Assembly (NCBI GenBank): GCA_977017645.1 | Contig: OZ360222.1 | Coordinates: 228,904,001-228,968,000 of the forward strand | Direction of reading: 5' to 3' | DNA length: 64,000 bases | DNA from: Torpedo marmorata | Lineage: Eukaryota | Shown: positions 24,111 through 37,574 of the stretch, one piece after another | How positions within the stretch are numbered: the first letter of the stretch is position 1 | Layout of the letters: every line of letters starts with the position of its first letter | Notes under the pieces: generated by a model | Databases searched by the model: none | What the model saw: the letters and a program-made list of their open reading frames with translations, nothing else | What the model was told of the DNA's origin: nothing | Position numbers and translations under genes: made by a program

Positions 24111-24583
24111 TAAACATAATTACTGCAGGGGTATATCTCATTCTTTAAGATGTTAATTTTGCACATGGCTTTCCATATTTAAATTTGGATTTAACCCAAA
24201 GTACTTATGACACTCTTGCCAAAAAAAATCACTTTTTTTTGCTCGAGGATAACTATGAATATTTATTATCTTTTTTTGTGTTTATTGCCTATTTTTAATT
24301 CAATTAAATATACTATTGTAATTTTTTTTAGTTCTTTTTGTGTTTTTTTGACAAAGTATCTGCTCAGCTGCAGCAAGTAAGAATTTCAGTGCATATGTAC
24401 AATGCATATGACAATAAATTCATTGTCATTATTATTGTCATCATTGACCAATATGGTTGATTCTATGGCCAAATCAAATGAGCTGGTGTTTTTCTTTAAG
24501 ACCTTGAATATTTCATCTTGATATATCTTTAAAATACTCTGATGCACTCTTTCCAAAACAACAATCAGTTTGGAATCCAGTTG

Positions 24584-25907
24584 GATAGCTAACTTATGCC
24601 CTGAAGAAAGCTAACCTGTGCCCTTGCTTGGATGTGAAGAACAAAGACTGGAATGTCAGTTGGTTTTCTCGCTTTCCCAATTCTAATTGAGCATCATCAA
24701 CTTTGCTTCTCTCTCCACAGATGCTGCCTGGCCTGCTGACAAATGTTTTCTATTTTCATCATGGCAATCAGTTTATTTAGTGTTTTGATCATCAGTATTG
24801 GAATGAATGGCAGGACATTTAGGAAACATTTTCCACATAGTTATCTACAATTGAATTTGTTTTGGTACAAAAACATATACTTTTTATTATCAGATAATTA
24901 TTTTGGAGATACAAATATTTTTAACATTTATTTTGGGAAAGATGAAGCAATGTAGTCTCAGCAGAACCCATGTGCAGCAGAAGGTAATTACAGTAAGTAT
25001 AGTCACTCATGTTGTCATTGTTAATGTTATTAATCTGTTCAAATTCTGTTACTTGGGCAGCCAAACAGTTTTGTTCAATACAGTATTATAACAATTATAT
25101 ATTACAAATTTTGTTCATTCATTTTAGATTCATTTCTACTTTCAGGTCATGTTTCCAGGCTTTATCCAGTGCCTTTCTTGATACACAATGGAAAGTTGTG
25201 CTTATCTCCTCAAATTGTTGGCATCCATCAGCCCCTAATATTAAGATTTGCTTCACACAGCTCCAGTGTCCCTGGTTCAACCCTGGCCTCAGGTACTGTC
25301 TGTGGGAAGTTTGTATATTCTCCCTGAGTCTGCGTATTAGTGCTCTGGTTTCCTCTTACATCCCACAAATAAGATGGTAGGTTAATAGTTTATGATAAAT
25401 TAAATCTGGTCTAATTTGGAGGTAGGACAATCAGAGTGGAGTTTATAAACCTGTGAGAGAGGATAGATTAACAATGACAACATGAGTGACTATACTTACT
25501 GTAATTACCTTCTGCTACACATGGGTTCTGCTGAGACTGCATAACTTCATCTTTCCCAAAATAAATGTTAAAAATATTTGTATCTCCAAAATAATTATCT
25601 GATAATAAAAAGTACCGGTATATGTTTTTGTACCAAAAAAAATTCAATTGTACATAACTATGCAAAAAATGTTTTCTAAATTTCCTGCCATTCATGCCAA
25701 TACTGATGATCAGAACACTAAATAAACTGATTGCCATGATAAAAACAGAAAACTTTTGTCAGCAGGCCAGGCAGCATCTGTGGAGAGAGAAATAAAGTTG
25801 ATGATGCTCAATCAGAATTGGGAAAGCGAGAAAAGCAACTGATATTCCAGTCTTCACATCCAAGCAAGGGCAGAGGTTATCTATCTTCAGGGGACAGGTT
25901 AGCTATC
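24584..25907. repeat. Long inverted duplication: arms 24584-25025 and 25467-25907
   Basis: Arms are reverse complements, roughly 90% identical by eye; the ORF track shows the same peptide on opposite strands (24743+ and 25468-). Confidence 0.92.
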
Positions 25908-26013
25908 TATGGAAAAGTGGGGGAATGGGATTGATCTGAGAGCCAACAGGGAACTCACTCAGCTGATGGCCTCCTTCTGTGTTGTAAGGAAAGAAGGAAA
26001 GATGAAATGTTTG

Positions 26014-26225
26014 GTGCAGTGCACAACTGTGCTGGAGAAACTCAGCAGGTCATGCAACATCTATGGGAAGGGTAACCAAAGTTTCGGGCTTTTTATCAGG
26101 AGGGGCCCAGTCCCGAAACATTGATTACCCTTTACTTCCTATGGATGCTGCATCACCTGCTGAGCTTCTCCAGCACATTTGTGTATTGCACTTGACCTCA
26201 GCATCTGTAGATTTTCTTGTTTAAC
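26014..26225. mobile_element. Fold-back Penelope-tail element
   Basis: GTGCTGGAGAAACTCAGCAGGT...ACCTGCTGAGCTTCTCCAGCAC inverted arms matching the Penelope terminus at 51197-51345. Confidence 0.75.
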
Positions 26226-27477
26226 AACATAAATTGTATGGTGTTATATGATGGATTAGGAGACCTATTCACAATTTTTAAATGAGAAATGTTCAGTTGT
26301 TTCATGGCTAAAATGTATAACTTCAATATTGACAGCAAATATCAACTTTTCTCTCCAACAATACAAAGGAGGTTAAAACAGGAATCTCTTATTAATTGCT
26401 TGTAATGTACTGAACAGAGATCTAGTAAAACCCAGACTGGTGCAGGTCATTCTAAAGTAGGATTTCAAAATGCATTCTGAATTTACAAACAGGGAGGAGT
26501 GTTCATAAAAGAAAAACTAATCTGGACCAAACATGGTTTTTAGTCAAAATCTCAACTTTTTTGTTGGCGTTGGAATGTTAAAGAGGATGAAAGTAATCCC
26601 AGATTCATGAAGATTGAAGGGTTACAGTCATTGATTATAGAATGAGTTAAGAATTATTATTATACATTAAAAATATAAAAGGACAAAATCAGTGGCGGAT
26701 TAACCATTAGGCTGAGTAGGCTGAAGCGTCCGAGGCTTGCTCTACGGACTTTCGTATAAATGATCAGTGACGAGGAAGTGGATAGGGCAAGAGGCATTGT
26801 GGCAGGGATGTGAATCCACAGCGAACACTGCACTGATTTGAATCCCTCAAATGAACACTGCAACTTCTCCAAGCATTCTTTGACTCTTCCGCGCAGAATT
26901 TAACCCAGTCCATTTCCAGGCATGGCGTCTTTAATGGATAGTAACAGTTCGAAAAGGCCACGATGCACAATATATATCGGAGGGACTGAGTAAACACGAA
27001 GTGCCAAAGTTGAAGGAAGTTGAGCATTGTAACTGCCTTTCGGAGAAAGGATTTACTGAGACACAAAACTTCACGCGTGAAACCTGAAGCATCCTACTCA
27101 CTTCCATTCGTTCCCCATGACAAAGCCATTGCTTTATGCCTAATTCAAAGCAAACAGCAAACACAATAAATTCACAATCATTGGTTTTACTCAAGATTGG
27201 TGAAGCTAAAGAACAGAGAGCGCACTGAACTCTGGCTGCCAAAATTAATGCTGCTAATTAAAACATACCTATGATCCTCATTGATAAGAATAATGTAAAT
27301 TAAAGTCGAAACGAAACATATAGTATTATTCGGATTTGTCAGGCGTATCATTTTGTTATTTTTTAAAAATTCCATTTTGTCTGACCTTCGTTCTAGGGCC
27401 ATTTGTCCTGTCCCTGGGGAGTGGAGGGGCGATGGGGCAGGGGCCCTTGTTCAAAGGCTTCCATGCAGTTGTGAGTC

Positions 27478-27665
27478 GGGGACCTCTCCCTTCCCAGCGG
27501 GACGGGGGACGGGGACCTCTCCCTGCCCAGTGGGACGGGGGACGGGGCCAGGGGGACGCGACCTCTCCCTGCCCAGCGGGACGGGGACGGGGGACGACGA
27601 CCTCTCCTTGCCCAGCGGGACGGGGACGGTGACCTCTCCCTGCCCAGTGGGACGGGGGACGGGCC
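27478..27665 (+). repeat. G-rich minisatellite, 5 units of 32-46 bp
   Basis: GACCTCTCCCTGCCCAG(C/T)GGGACGGGG(G)ACGG units starting at 27481, 27514, 27560, 27599, 27631. Confidence 0.9.
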
Positions 27666-28012
27666 CACCACTTTAACATTTCGTCGAAATTGGCAGCGTC
27701 AGCAAAAAAAGGTTGCACATTAAATTAATTGTTGGATTTATATAATATTAAACTAAATCAGTGATTTCTCTTCAAATAATACAACCAAAGGTGATCGTGA
27801 TTGTCTACGTTTTTAATCATCATTGTACTATGATTTTGCATAATCAAGTTTTATTAATAAATTAAAGCCTAATTCGTTCCTTCGCTGCAGGGATATTTGG
27901 TCTGTTATTATTCGTGCGACAGTTGTAGAAAACGTGTAATGTATAAATTGTTTTGAATGAAATCTCAGCAAAACGAAAGGGAGAAGCCGAACTCGCACTT
28001 GTAAATTGAGTT

Positions 28013-28173
28013 GTAAAATCACAATGCTGGAGGAACTCAGCAGGTCTCGCAGCGCCCGTAGGAGGTAAAGATATATTACCGACGTTTTGGGCCTGAGCCC
28101 TTCTTCAAGGTATCTTTACCTCCTGTGGATGCTACGAGACCGGCTGAGTTCCTCCAGCATTTCTGTGTTTTAC
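28013..28173. mobile_element. Fold-back Penelope-tail element inside the hAT
   Basis: Inverted arms 28013-28071 and 28111-28173 enclosing a hammerhead-like motif. Confidence 0.8.
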
Positions 28174-28276
28174 CACAGTCACATCGTCGGACGAAGGGTG
28201 GGGGCCGTGGGGCAGGGGGGCAAGGTCAGCCAAGGGCCAAGGTGGTAGTTAATCCACCACTGGACAAAATATAAAA

Positions 28277-28520
28277 GCAGAATCAGAATCAGAATTTATT
28301 GTCATGAACAAGTCATGAAATTTGGTATTTTGCAGAAGTATCATAGTGCAAACATTCATATTATAACCATCTTACGACATTACTATAAAAAAATATAAAT
28401 AATAGTGCACGAAAAGTAAGGCAGTGTCTTTGGTTCATTGATTATTCAGGAATCTGATGGCAGCGGGGAAGAAGCTGTCCTTGTGCTGTTGAGTGCTCGT
28501 CTCTAGGCTCCTGTACCTTA
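28277..28520 (-). mobile_element. Rex1 3' fragment
   Basis: CAGAATCAGAATCAGAATTTATTG tail; reverse complement of ~14745-14985. Confidence 0.9.
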
Positions 28521-31500
28521 TTACCACATTAAACACATTAACCACATTAAAACTGTGGAGCGCAAAAATAGCCATGACGTATTGACTTGTTGTGTATGTG
28601 TTGCAATATCTTCAAAAAAACAAATGTACACTTTTGTCTATCTATATTTATTACTATATTAATCAGTTGTATAAGAGCTTCTTTCTGAAAACTTTTCATT
28701 CATCCTTTGTTTTTAATCAGCACATTAATCTGTCTTGGGACTGTGCTGATCGAAGCACATTGAATATATCTAGAAGGAAGGTTGTACAGTTGTGATGTGT
28801 TACCCTCTTGATTATAATGGAGACGTCATCTAATACTTCAATAAAAGTTTTTCTTTCATGTGTATAAATCAGGCAAACAAATCTACATATATTAGAAATT
28901 GGAGTGTATGTTGTGGGAATATTCACAGGTTGCAAGTCACTTTCTGCTTTAAAATAGTGCTGCTTCAAAAGCATAAATCCAGCCCAGATGCTATCCAATC
29001 AGCCTAAATGTTTCCAATCATTTATCTGTGGATCAGTACTTACTCTGAGCCCTGACAATATTGTTATGTGGTGCACATCACTATCGGTTGCACTATGTGC
29101 CTACTTTTGTAATATTTGATCCAAGATGCCATTTAGTTGTGACAGGAAAGGAACTACATAACTTGGGGGTCTACACCCAACCTGTCTGATCAGTGCATGC
29201 ACCAAACCAAAAGCTGCATGAAGCTGGCTCCATAAAGCTGTCACTCATCACTTATGCAAATTAATTTTTATGTATAATTCCAATCCAATGTGAAGTCAGG
29301 GCAGTCTGTCGTACTTCCAGGGACTTTCTGAGCTTAATATTGAGAGCAGTAGTTATGTCCCAAGAAAGCAGACACTGGTTCGTGTGCACTATGTTATACA
29401 GAACACCCCCTGCCAAAAGGTCATGTGAAAGTTTCAACCGACTTTCTGTGCTTTGCAATCCACTGCTACCACTTTCAGACCTACAGCAGCCTCAGGTTCA
29501 GACCTGAGCCAGTTTCAGTTGTAACCATTTCTTCCCCTTCCCCCCAACCATTGTCATCTCAAGATCATCTAACTGAGCACAAATTAAAGCTGGACTCAAG
29601 ATCCCTTTCATCTGCAAGGCTCAGTCTGATGAGGTTGCACAGAAATTTTGCAGCACTGCCTTCTTAATAGTTACCCTTCAGGTTACCAGAAAATATGGGC
29701 AAGTTTTTCTTGAAGTGCCATGATAAAAGCAAATGCCTTGTAAATGCAAGATAAGGCACTAGGTATTATTAGTTTTCAAAAGGCAGCATTGATTTGTCAT
29801 TGACTTTACTGAAAAATGCTATATAGTTTGTTCTTCATGCTAAAAGAAATCAATATAGATATAAACTTATTTGACAGGTATTTTCAAATGTTGGCTTATT
29901 TTTCAATGGAGATGTGGTGGGTTTATATTAAAAGAAGCATTTGTAAAATAATGTGGTTTGTTACCATAATAACAAAGTAAGTGGATTATGCAGTCCTGAA
30001 TTTTGCCTTTATTTTAGACTTCTGTTTAAAGAGATTTCTTGGAAATATTTTAATGATTTTAATATAAACTGCTGAAAAATGTATTTCATGGGACATGCCA
30101 ATTAAATTATTTTCTGTGTTTGCTGATTAATCTTCTGGCAAGTTGTAATAAATACACATTCAAGTTCATTTTTGAGTGTAATACTTTGGACCTTTGGACC
30201 TTTGATCTTTCCTCTTATGTTCAAAAGCACAGGGTCATCCTGTTTACGATCTACCAATATGTCCCTTGAACTTACTACAGTTCAGATCTTACAGTTCTTG
30301 GTCTAGTTCATGTGCAAACCTAAAATGTTGGCATGAGATGTGGTTAAAATTTTAGGTTATAACAAAAACTTAATTCTGTCTTAATATGAGGTTGAAATCT
30401 AATTTCATTTATTATTTTCAGGAATACTCAAATAATGGTCATTAAACTTGTGGGAAAATGTGTTACATGTTTCTGCTCTCCGATAGAGCCAAAGAATATC
30501 AAAGAATGTCACCATAGTCAGTGAACTGACAAAACCTGGAAGGATAAATGATCACTGAATTGAAGCAATTGAATCAATTAACTGGAATTGCCAGTTTACT
30601 GTAACTAAAAATGGTGAGAAAGAATATGGCGAAACGCCATTAGTGAAGTTTTTTTCTGATTTCTCCAATCATCTCAAATGAAATGAATAGAACAGTTCTC
30701 CTCTTGTAGTGAAATTAGTATCTGCTTATCGTGAAAAAGTGAATGCTCATCAATTCTTCCATTGTTCAGCCATAAGAGCATTGGAATGTGCCTCACAGAT
30801 CAATGCAAACCAATGCCTCCAGTCACAGAGCACTTAGTCCCTGTCAGCACACAGATTGTTTCTCTTAATTGCACTTTCAAATTATTCATCTGAGTTCAGC
30901 TACAGGAAACAGTTAGTCTCAAGATCCCAGTCCTTTCTGTGCAACATGCAGCCAGTTTTAGGTCAAGCTTATAGGCTTACAACCTAAAGGAATAATAAAT
31001 ACACCTTTTTTACATTTGTACTATCCATAGAGGAGAGTTGCAGCAATTTCCACATTGGGCTGCTTGCTCCTTGTGTTCCTGAACTAAGATGTCCAGTTTC
31101 TTTATTACAGCAAGCTGTCAGCTAGTAAAATTCACTCAACTAGCTCCCATTATTGTATCATGTTTTTTTTTGCATAACGGAACATCCTCTGTCTGCTTAG
31201 AAACGAAGAGTTGTTTGTGACTGCATATTTTCTTTAATCCCATCAAGAAAATAACACCCATAAACAAATGAGGTGAACGGTTTATGAAGTAATCTGACTA
31301 CCTCAGTTAAATTATGGCCCTATTTCTTACTTCTGACCATCGCTAATTCGTTTGCAAAGCCAGCTTGGATGTTCCATCATGTGTTTATTCTGTCATGGTG
31401 CCATCACTATGGCCTTTTGCAGACTTCTCTCAATCTAATGTCAGCTCAGCACTTTTCTAAGTTCTCATGAGGGATACTTCCATTTTATTGAGATTGCACA

Positions 31501-33164
31501 ACATTGTATCTCAAAATAAAAGGCTTTGTGAAGTCAAAAATAAGATCAGATTTGGATGCAGATGATGTCCCTGAACCATTTAATTCTCTTGGTATATGAC
31601 ATTACCTGAGCCCTCAGTTAAAAAGAGCTATTCTAACTGACAGTAGTTAAATATATAATTGAATATTTGTCTTCACTTTGATAGTCACATTTTAAAAAGT
31701 GGGTTATGTCTGAAGATTGTTTGAAATAAGCGCAATTAAGACATTTAATTAGCGCTTGTCTGCTTTAGGGGTATAATAGCAAATCATATTTTTGTGAAAA
31801 TTATAAGAAGATCATTCTTGTATTTAACACTTTGCTTTAAGAAAGACTGCTGCTTGTGTGAACATTGTGCAGTCTCACACTTGAAAGAAAAGAAAATCAA
31901 CAAACGTTTATCAGAATGCCCTACTATTAACCTTCAAAGTTTTCGATCACATCTGAATCTTTTACTCATCCTGAGAATAAACAATTTTAATTGAGATATA
32001 GGATTTGATTTCCAGATATTTAAAATGGCTTGTCCTTTGTGGTATTTAAATGATTTCAGCATGGTAGATTTGCATTGGTGATATCTACTGCTGATACGAT
32101 AAATTTGGAACTCGTAGGAATTGTGGCGTCTTTCACCAGATGAGATCTTACAGATCATAGGGTTTGTTTCATCAAGACAAAGATAGCATGAAAATTACTG
32201 CAGCTGAACTTACAATTTAAAGATATCTTTCTAGTTAGCAATTACATACCAGGTAAATGGCCAACATGTAAATGATGTTAAAATTAGAACCTTAATGGTA
32301 GCTGGAATGCCTCAATGCCGGCATAGTAACTGCAAATATCCGCAAGGTGGAAATAATATTTATCAGTGCCAGCAGTTTTTAGCACCAGAATAAGAGATGA
32401 TTCTGAAAAACACAGTCAAGCTGCCGTGAGTTAGGATTCAGTAGTAGAGTGTCTGTGCAGAAGTGAATAATCCCTCAAATCGAGATCTAAAAGAAGGAAA
32501 TGATCGCCTTATTTGCAAAACTACCAAAAAATATATATCAATGGCCAGAAATTTTTGTACATTTCTGTGCCCTCAGAGAAGGAATTTAGTTTGAAGCTTG
32601 ACTGTTACATGTCATCGTGTCCTTTGTTCATGAGTCACCCAGTTTCCAAAATTTGTTCCTGGTCCTCCATGTGTATGATGCTTAAATACACGGATACACT
32701 GGGCGCATAGCCTGCAAATCATGTTTTGGAACAAATATTCATTTGCGTAACTGATGTCATTTCTGCCTCCGTTAAAGGAGTTCAGTTTTACCAGGTTTGT
32801 GGCCAGGAGTTGAGGTTTTGAAATTCTGAAAAAGGTACTTTCAAGAAATGATCTTGACATTAACTCTCACCAACGCACCACTCTCCCACTGCCAATGCCA
32901 TCAGGACTGACTAATTATAGGCCCATTCCTTCCCCAGAACATGATCGTATCTCCAAGATCATTCACTGAACAACTGATCACTTGTCCCATTGTGATGCCT
33001 TACCCGTCATTGCCCTAATTCCCTGTGTTCCTTCTGTTAAAATTCAGACACCAAATGACCCTTCTCTGATGGTTCCTGAATCCCCTGATTCTGAATGCAA
33101 GCTTGATCCTTCTTATTCTTCCTGTTTACTCTCCTCCTTACCAACACAGTACAAGGACAGAGTA

Positions 33165-34507
33165 GGCTAAAGTGGACATGGAAAATAGATTTAAGAGTAA
33201 GGTGGTAGATTATCAAATTAATATCAGCAGCTGATGAGAAAGAAAGATGTTGCAGGAAGGATACATCATTCATGGCTAACTAAGGAAGTTAAGAATGGCG
33301 TAAATTGAAAGAAAAGACAAACTTTACTGGAGGATTAGTGTTAGGCCAAAAGAGTAGGAAATATTTAGAAAGTAACAAAGCACAACTGGAAAAATTACAA
33401 ATTAGGAGAAAATAGAGCATGAGATTAAACTGGGAAATAATATAAAAAAAGGCAATAAATGTTTCTACAGGTTATATAAAAATGAAGAGAGTAGATAATG
33501 TAAGCATTGTTGCATTTAAGTAGAAGACTGGGAATTAATAATGGGAAATAAATTGGTGACAAAGACTTGAAATAAATAAATGATAGATGAACAAGTGGAG
33601 GGCTGGGTCAGTACATATGCAGACAATACAAAGATTGGAGGTGTGGTCGACAGTGTAAAAGGTTGTCGTAGGTTACAAGAGGATATAGACAGGTTGCAGA
33701 GTTGGGCAGAGAGGTGGCAGATGGAGTTCAATCCAGATAAATGTGAAGTAATGCACTTTGGAAGGTTGAACTTGAAGGCGGAGTATGTGGTTAATGGCAG
33801 GATTCTTAATAGTGTGGATGAACAGGGAGATCTTGGGGTCCAGGTCCATAGATCCTTCAAGGTTGCCACACAAGTTGATAGGGTGGTTAAGAAGATGTAT
33901 GATATGTTGGCCTTCATTAGTCAGGGGATTGTGTTCAACAGCCTTGAGGTAATGTTGCAGCTCTATAAAACTCTGGTTAGACCACATTTGTACTATTGTG
34001 TTCAGTTCTGGTCTATTACAGGAAGAATGCAGTTGGTTTGGAGAAGATCCAGAAGAGAATTATCAGGATGTTGCCTCGATTGGAGAACATATCACATGAA
34101 GCAAGGTTGACAGAACCAAGGGTTATCTCTTTGCAGCGACGAAGGATTAGAGGTGACTTAATAGAGGTATACAAGATTATGAGGGGGTTAGATGGGGTCA
34201 ATACCTTTTTCCTGGGGTGACAATAGCAAATACCAGAGGACATTGGTTTAAGGTGAGTGGAGGAAAGTTCAGGGAAGATGTCAGAGGTAAGTTTTTTACT
34301 CAGAGAGTAGTGGGTGCCTGGAATGCATTGCTGGGAGTGATGGTAGAGATTGGTACAATAGGGACATTCAAAATACTCTTAGATACATGGGTGTAAGAAA
34401 AATAGAAGATTGGGAAAAATTAGATTGTTGTGGAGTAGGTTTCCCTGGGTCGGCAGAACATTGTGGGCTGAAGGGCCTGTACTGTGCTGTAATGTTCTAT
34501 GCTCTAT
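33165..34507 (+). mobile_element. Degenerate CR1 LINE with large internal deletion
   Basis: YADNTKIGG, WQMEFNPDKC, DLGVQVH, LYKTLVRPHL, RGDLIEVYKIM; tail GTTCTATGCTCTATG. Confidence 0.88.
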
Positions 34508-34509
34508 GA

Positions 34510-35215
34510 CAGAGATATAAATAATTATTTTGGACCAATCTTTATGAAGAAGACATTTAAAAAGAACCAATAATAGCAGATAATCAAGAGACTGGAAGGA
34601 GGGAGGAACTTAAAACAATTTCACTAATGAGGACATCCTTGGGTTTGAAAGGAAGTAGCTGCAGAGAGAATGGATGTGTTGATTGTGATCTGCCAAAGTT
34701 CCCAAGATTCTTTGATCCCAGAGGACTGGAAAACCACAAATGTAATGCCACTGTACAATAAAGGAAGCAGAAGGGACTGCCTAATTGAATGTATTTAAAA
34801 CACACAGATTTTTGAAGAATAAGGAATTAAGGATTATGAGGAACAGGCAGGTAAGTGACGTGAGTCCACAGCCAGGTCAGCCATAGAATGGTGGAGCAAG
34901 CTCAATGGGCCTGGTTGTCTACTCCTGCTCCTATTTCTTATGTTCTTATATTTTCTTATAAAGGAGGGGGACTATAGACCAGCAGTAGAATACTAAAATC
35001 CATTAATATAAAAAGGTAAAGGTTCCATTATTGTCACGTAAAATACTACATTTAGAATGTAACATACATGAAGATATCAGAATGACACATACAAAAATAA
35101 TAAGATGATCTAGCAACTTTGCACGGTTTTATGAAGAGAAAAATGTGCTTGACAAATTTGCTGGAGTTTTTTGAGGACTTAGCAAACAGGAAAATTAAAT
35201 GTGAGCTGGTGAATG
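34510..35215 (+). mobile_element. Further CR1 fragments
   Basis: DW.T..V.PL-like remnant, tail CTTATGTTCTTAT near 34940, HGFMKRKMCLTNLLEFFED near 35120-35180. Confidence 0.6.
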
Positions 35216-37299
35216 TCTGGCAGAGGCTGTGGGAAAGTCATTGATACCCCAGTTTGTATCTTTTTTTGTCAGCTTGCTGCATGGTTTGCTCTTTGTTTTA
35301 TTCTAAGAGTAAAACTAAGGATGCAGATTACACCTTTAACAGTCAGTTTCTTTTGGTAACACAGAGTTATTGAGTAAAGTCATTAGATGCATGTCTGGTG
35401 AAGGGTAAACATTAAATGTGCTAAAGTGAATTATGTCCAGGCCAATTTCTCCTGGTCACAAATCAGCCAGGAAATGATCACTTGAATGATCTAATACACA
35501 GAAAATGGATTTTACACACAAAATGTGCACATGGATTTAGTTTCTTAAGCATGCTTTCTTGAACAATATACCCCTATTTCTGAGCAAATCCTTCACCACA
35601 TCTTTCCACAAGGAAATATTCATGAAGCTAATTTAATATTTTTTAAAAATTCACTCTACATGCAAAATATTGATTAAATTGTAGCAAAAGTATACCTTTT
35701 CTTTATATTTGATTTTGTTATATATTGGCCATAATGGCCACAAAAAATTTCAAAATAACAATTCTGTCAAAAATATATATTGGGAGCTCCAAGACAAAGG
35801 AAAATCAACTTAAAAATTGTGGCATCCAATTTAAGAGATATTATTAAACCAAAGAAGGTGCATTCATCTAAGTTACTTCTGATTTACTGTCTGTAGCCAC
35901 CACAGGGGAAGGATCTTTTTTGGTTATGATCTATCGTGGTGTGGTAACTGTGTTTGTGAAAATTTCTTCTGCAAAGTCTTTCTTTTAAAGCACATTTTCA
36001 ACTTCACATGACATTGTGAACACAGGGAGTGAGCGGTTGGATTTATGACATCACTCCTGCTCCTGAGCCAGGAGGTTGAGCATTCGAGCCAGTGTGATAA
36101 GTGGAAACTGCAGCTCTAACTGGGACCTTTGGATTGACATCCAGGACTGGAAGTGGTTGTAGTATTACAGTCTCAGCCCCCAGCATCAGCTCTTTGAGTT
36201 GTTGGAGCTGTCAATGGATTAAACACCCTGTTAGCAGAAGAAGTTGCAAGGTGCACGCAAGGACTTTTTAAATATCAGGATGCATCGGACTATTTTTGGC
36301 CAACGCCACCCTGGACTGTACACTTCTTTGAATCTTTCTTCAAACAACTGAGGCATGACATTTCTGAAAAAAAATGTATGACCAATGTTGCTAATCGCAG
36401 TAATCAAAGCACGTTTCACCTTTCCTCTCCACTTCCCATGTCACCTCCCCTGACCTTCACTCACATCTATCCCCAGGCCAACACAGGTGGGAAATGTCAT
36501 GGCCAAAAGTAACCAGAATGGAGTCGAACAAGAGGCAACTGAGATTAATATTTATTTTTTCCTGTTGCAAGAAGTCCTTTTTTTGGACCTGGTGCAAGCA
36601 ATCTGTACCAGTCTTCACTTGCCCCTGCAATACCTCATTGATCCTGGCACCTATTTTCAACTATTCCACTCCATTTCACACGTCTGGAGGGACCACAACA
36701 TGATTGTACTGCACATGAGCCTTCGTTGGATTAACCATGGCACCTGACAGATTAGACGTTATTGTTTTGAACAATTGTGGCTTATTTTTAGAATATAAAC
36801 TTTGGGCGTATCTGCCAAACATTATCCAACAGTCACCAGGCAAGTTCTGCATCCTGCCTTCATCAACTAAGGTAATCCTTCAAAACAGTAACATCCCCAA
36901 TCTCTGAATTTTTTTAAACATCATACAGCTGTACCATCATCAGAGTAAATACTTTAACTTTCAGTTTCCTTTTGATTTAATTTTTGAAATGCTGTTCTGA
37001 GTCATGATATATGATTACTAGAAAAATAATCAGAACATATGATGAACAGTGATTTAAGATGAGGACCTGACAAATATAGATGATCTGTTTTAAATATGTA
37101 TGGCTTTATGCCTTTCATTTACCATGAAAATACAACTTTGAAGATCATCTGTGGCTATTGTGCATTGAATATTGAGCATAGAATATGGATACTGCTCAAG
37201 TCCAGGAAGGAATCTGATACATTCAAGAAGTTATGTGACAAGACTGTTGGAAATTATTTGGTGGCTGTGCTTCCTGTTTGTTCCCAAGCTGAAGATGCA

Positions 37300-37532
37300 G
37301 GTGTCATAAGACTCGCACCACCAGGTTCAGGAAAAGCTGCTACCCCTCCACCATCAGACTCCTAAACAACAAACTCAATCAGGGACTCTTACTTTTGGAC
37401 TTTATTTATTTATTTTTTCTCTCTGTATTACACGGTCAGTTTGTTTACATTTCCTTATTTGTTTACATGTGTATGTTGAGTACAGTTTTTTTGCACTTCC
37501 AATAAGTGGTAATTCAGAAATCTGAATCTGAA
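37300..37532 (+). mobile_element. Rex1-like (family 2) 3' fragment
   Basis: AAGACTCGCACCACCAGGTTCA...CAAACTCAATCAG matches 40395-40470; tail AAATCTGAATCTGA. Confidence 0.8.
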
Positions 37533-37574
37533 ATATGTGGTCCTGGAAACAGTTTTCTAGTGTTGGAAAGCATT

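Larger units (their letters stand above)
26690..28262. mobile_element. Non-autonomous hAT element (1573 bp)
   Basis: 15-bp TIRs CAGTGGCGGATTAAC / GTTAATCCACCACTG; perfect 8-bp TSD GACAAAAT at 26682-26689 and 28263-28270. Confidence 0.92.

Noticed and set aside
27336-27718. Four overlapping ORFs on both strands
   Set aside because: Artefacts of the GC-rich minisatellite.
30421-30523. Possible plus-strand exon after TTATTTTCAG (also acceptors near 36363 minus and 46010 plus)
   Set aside because: No convincing paired donor and no recognisable protein similarity.
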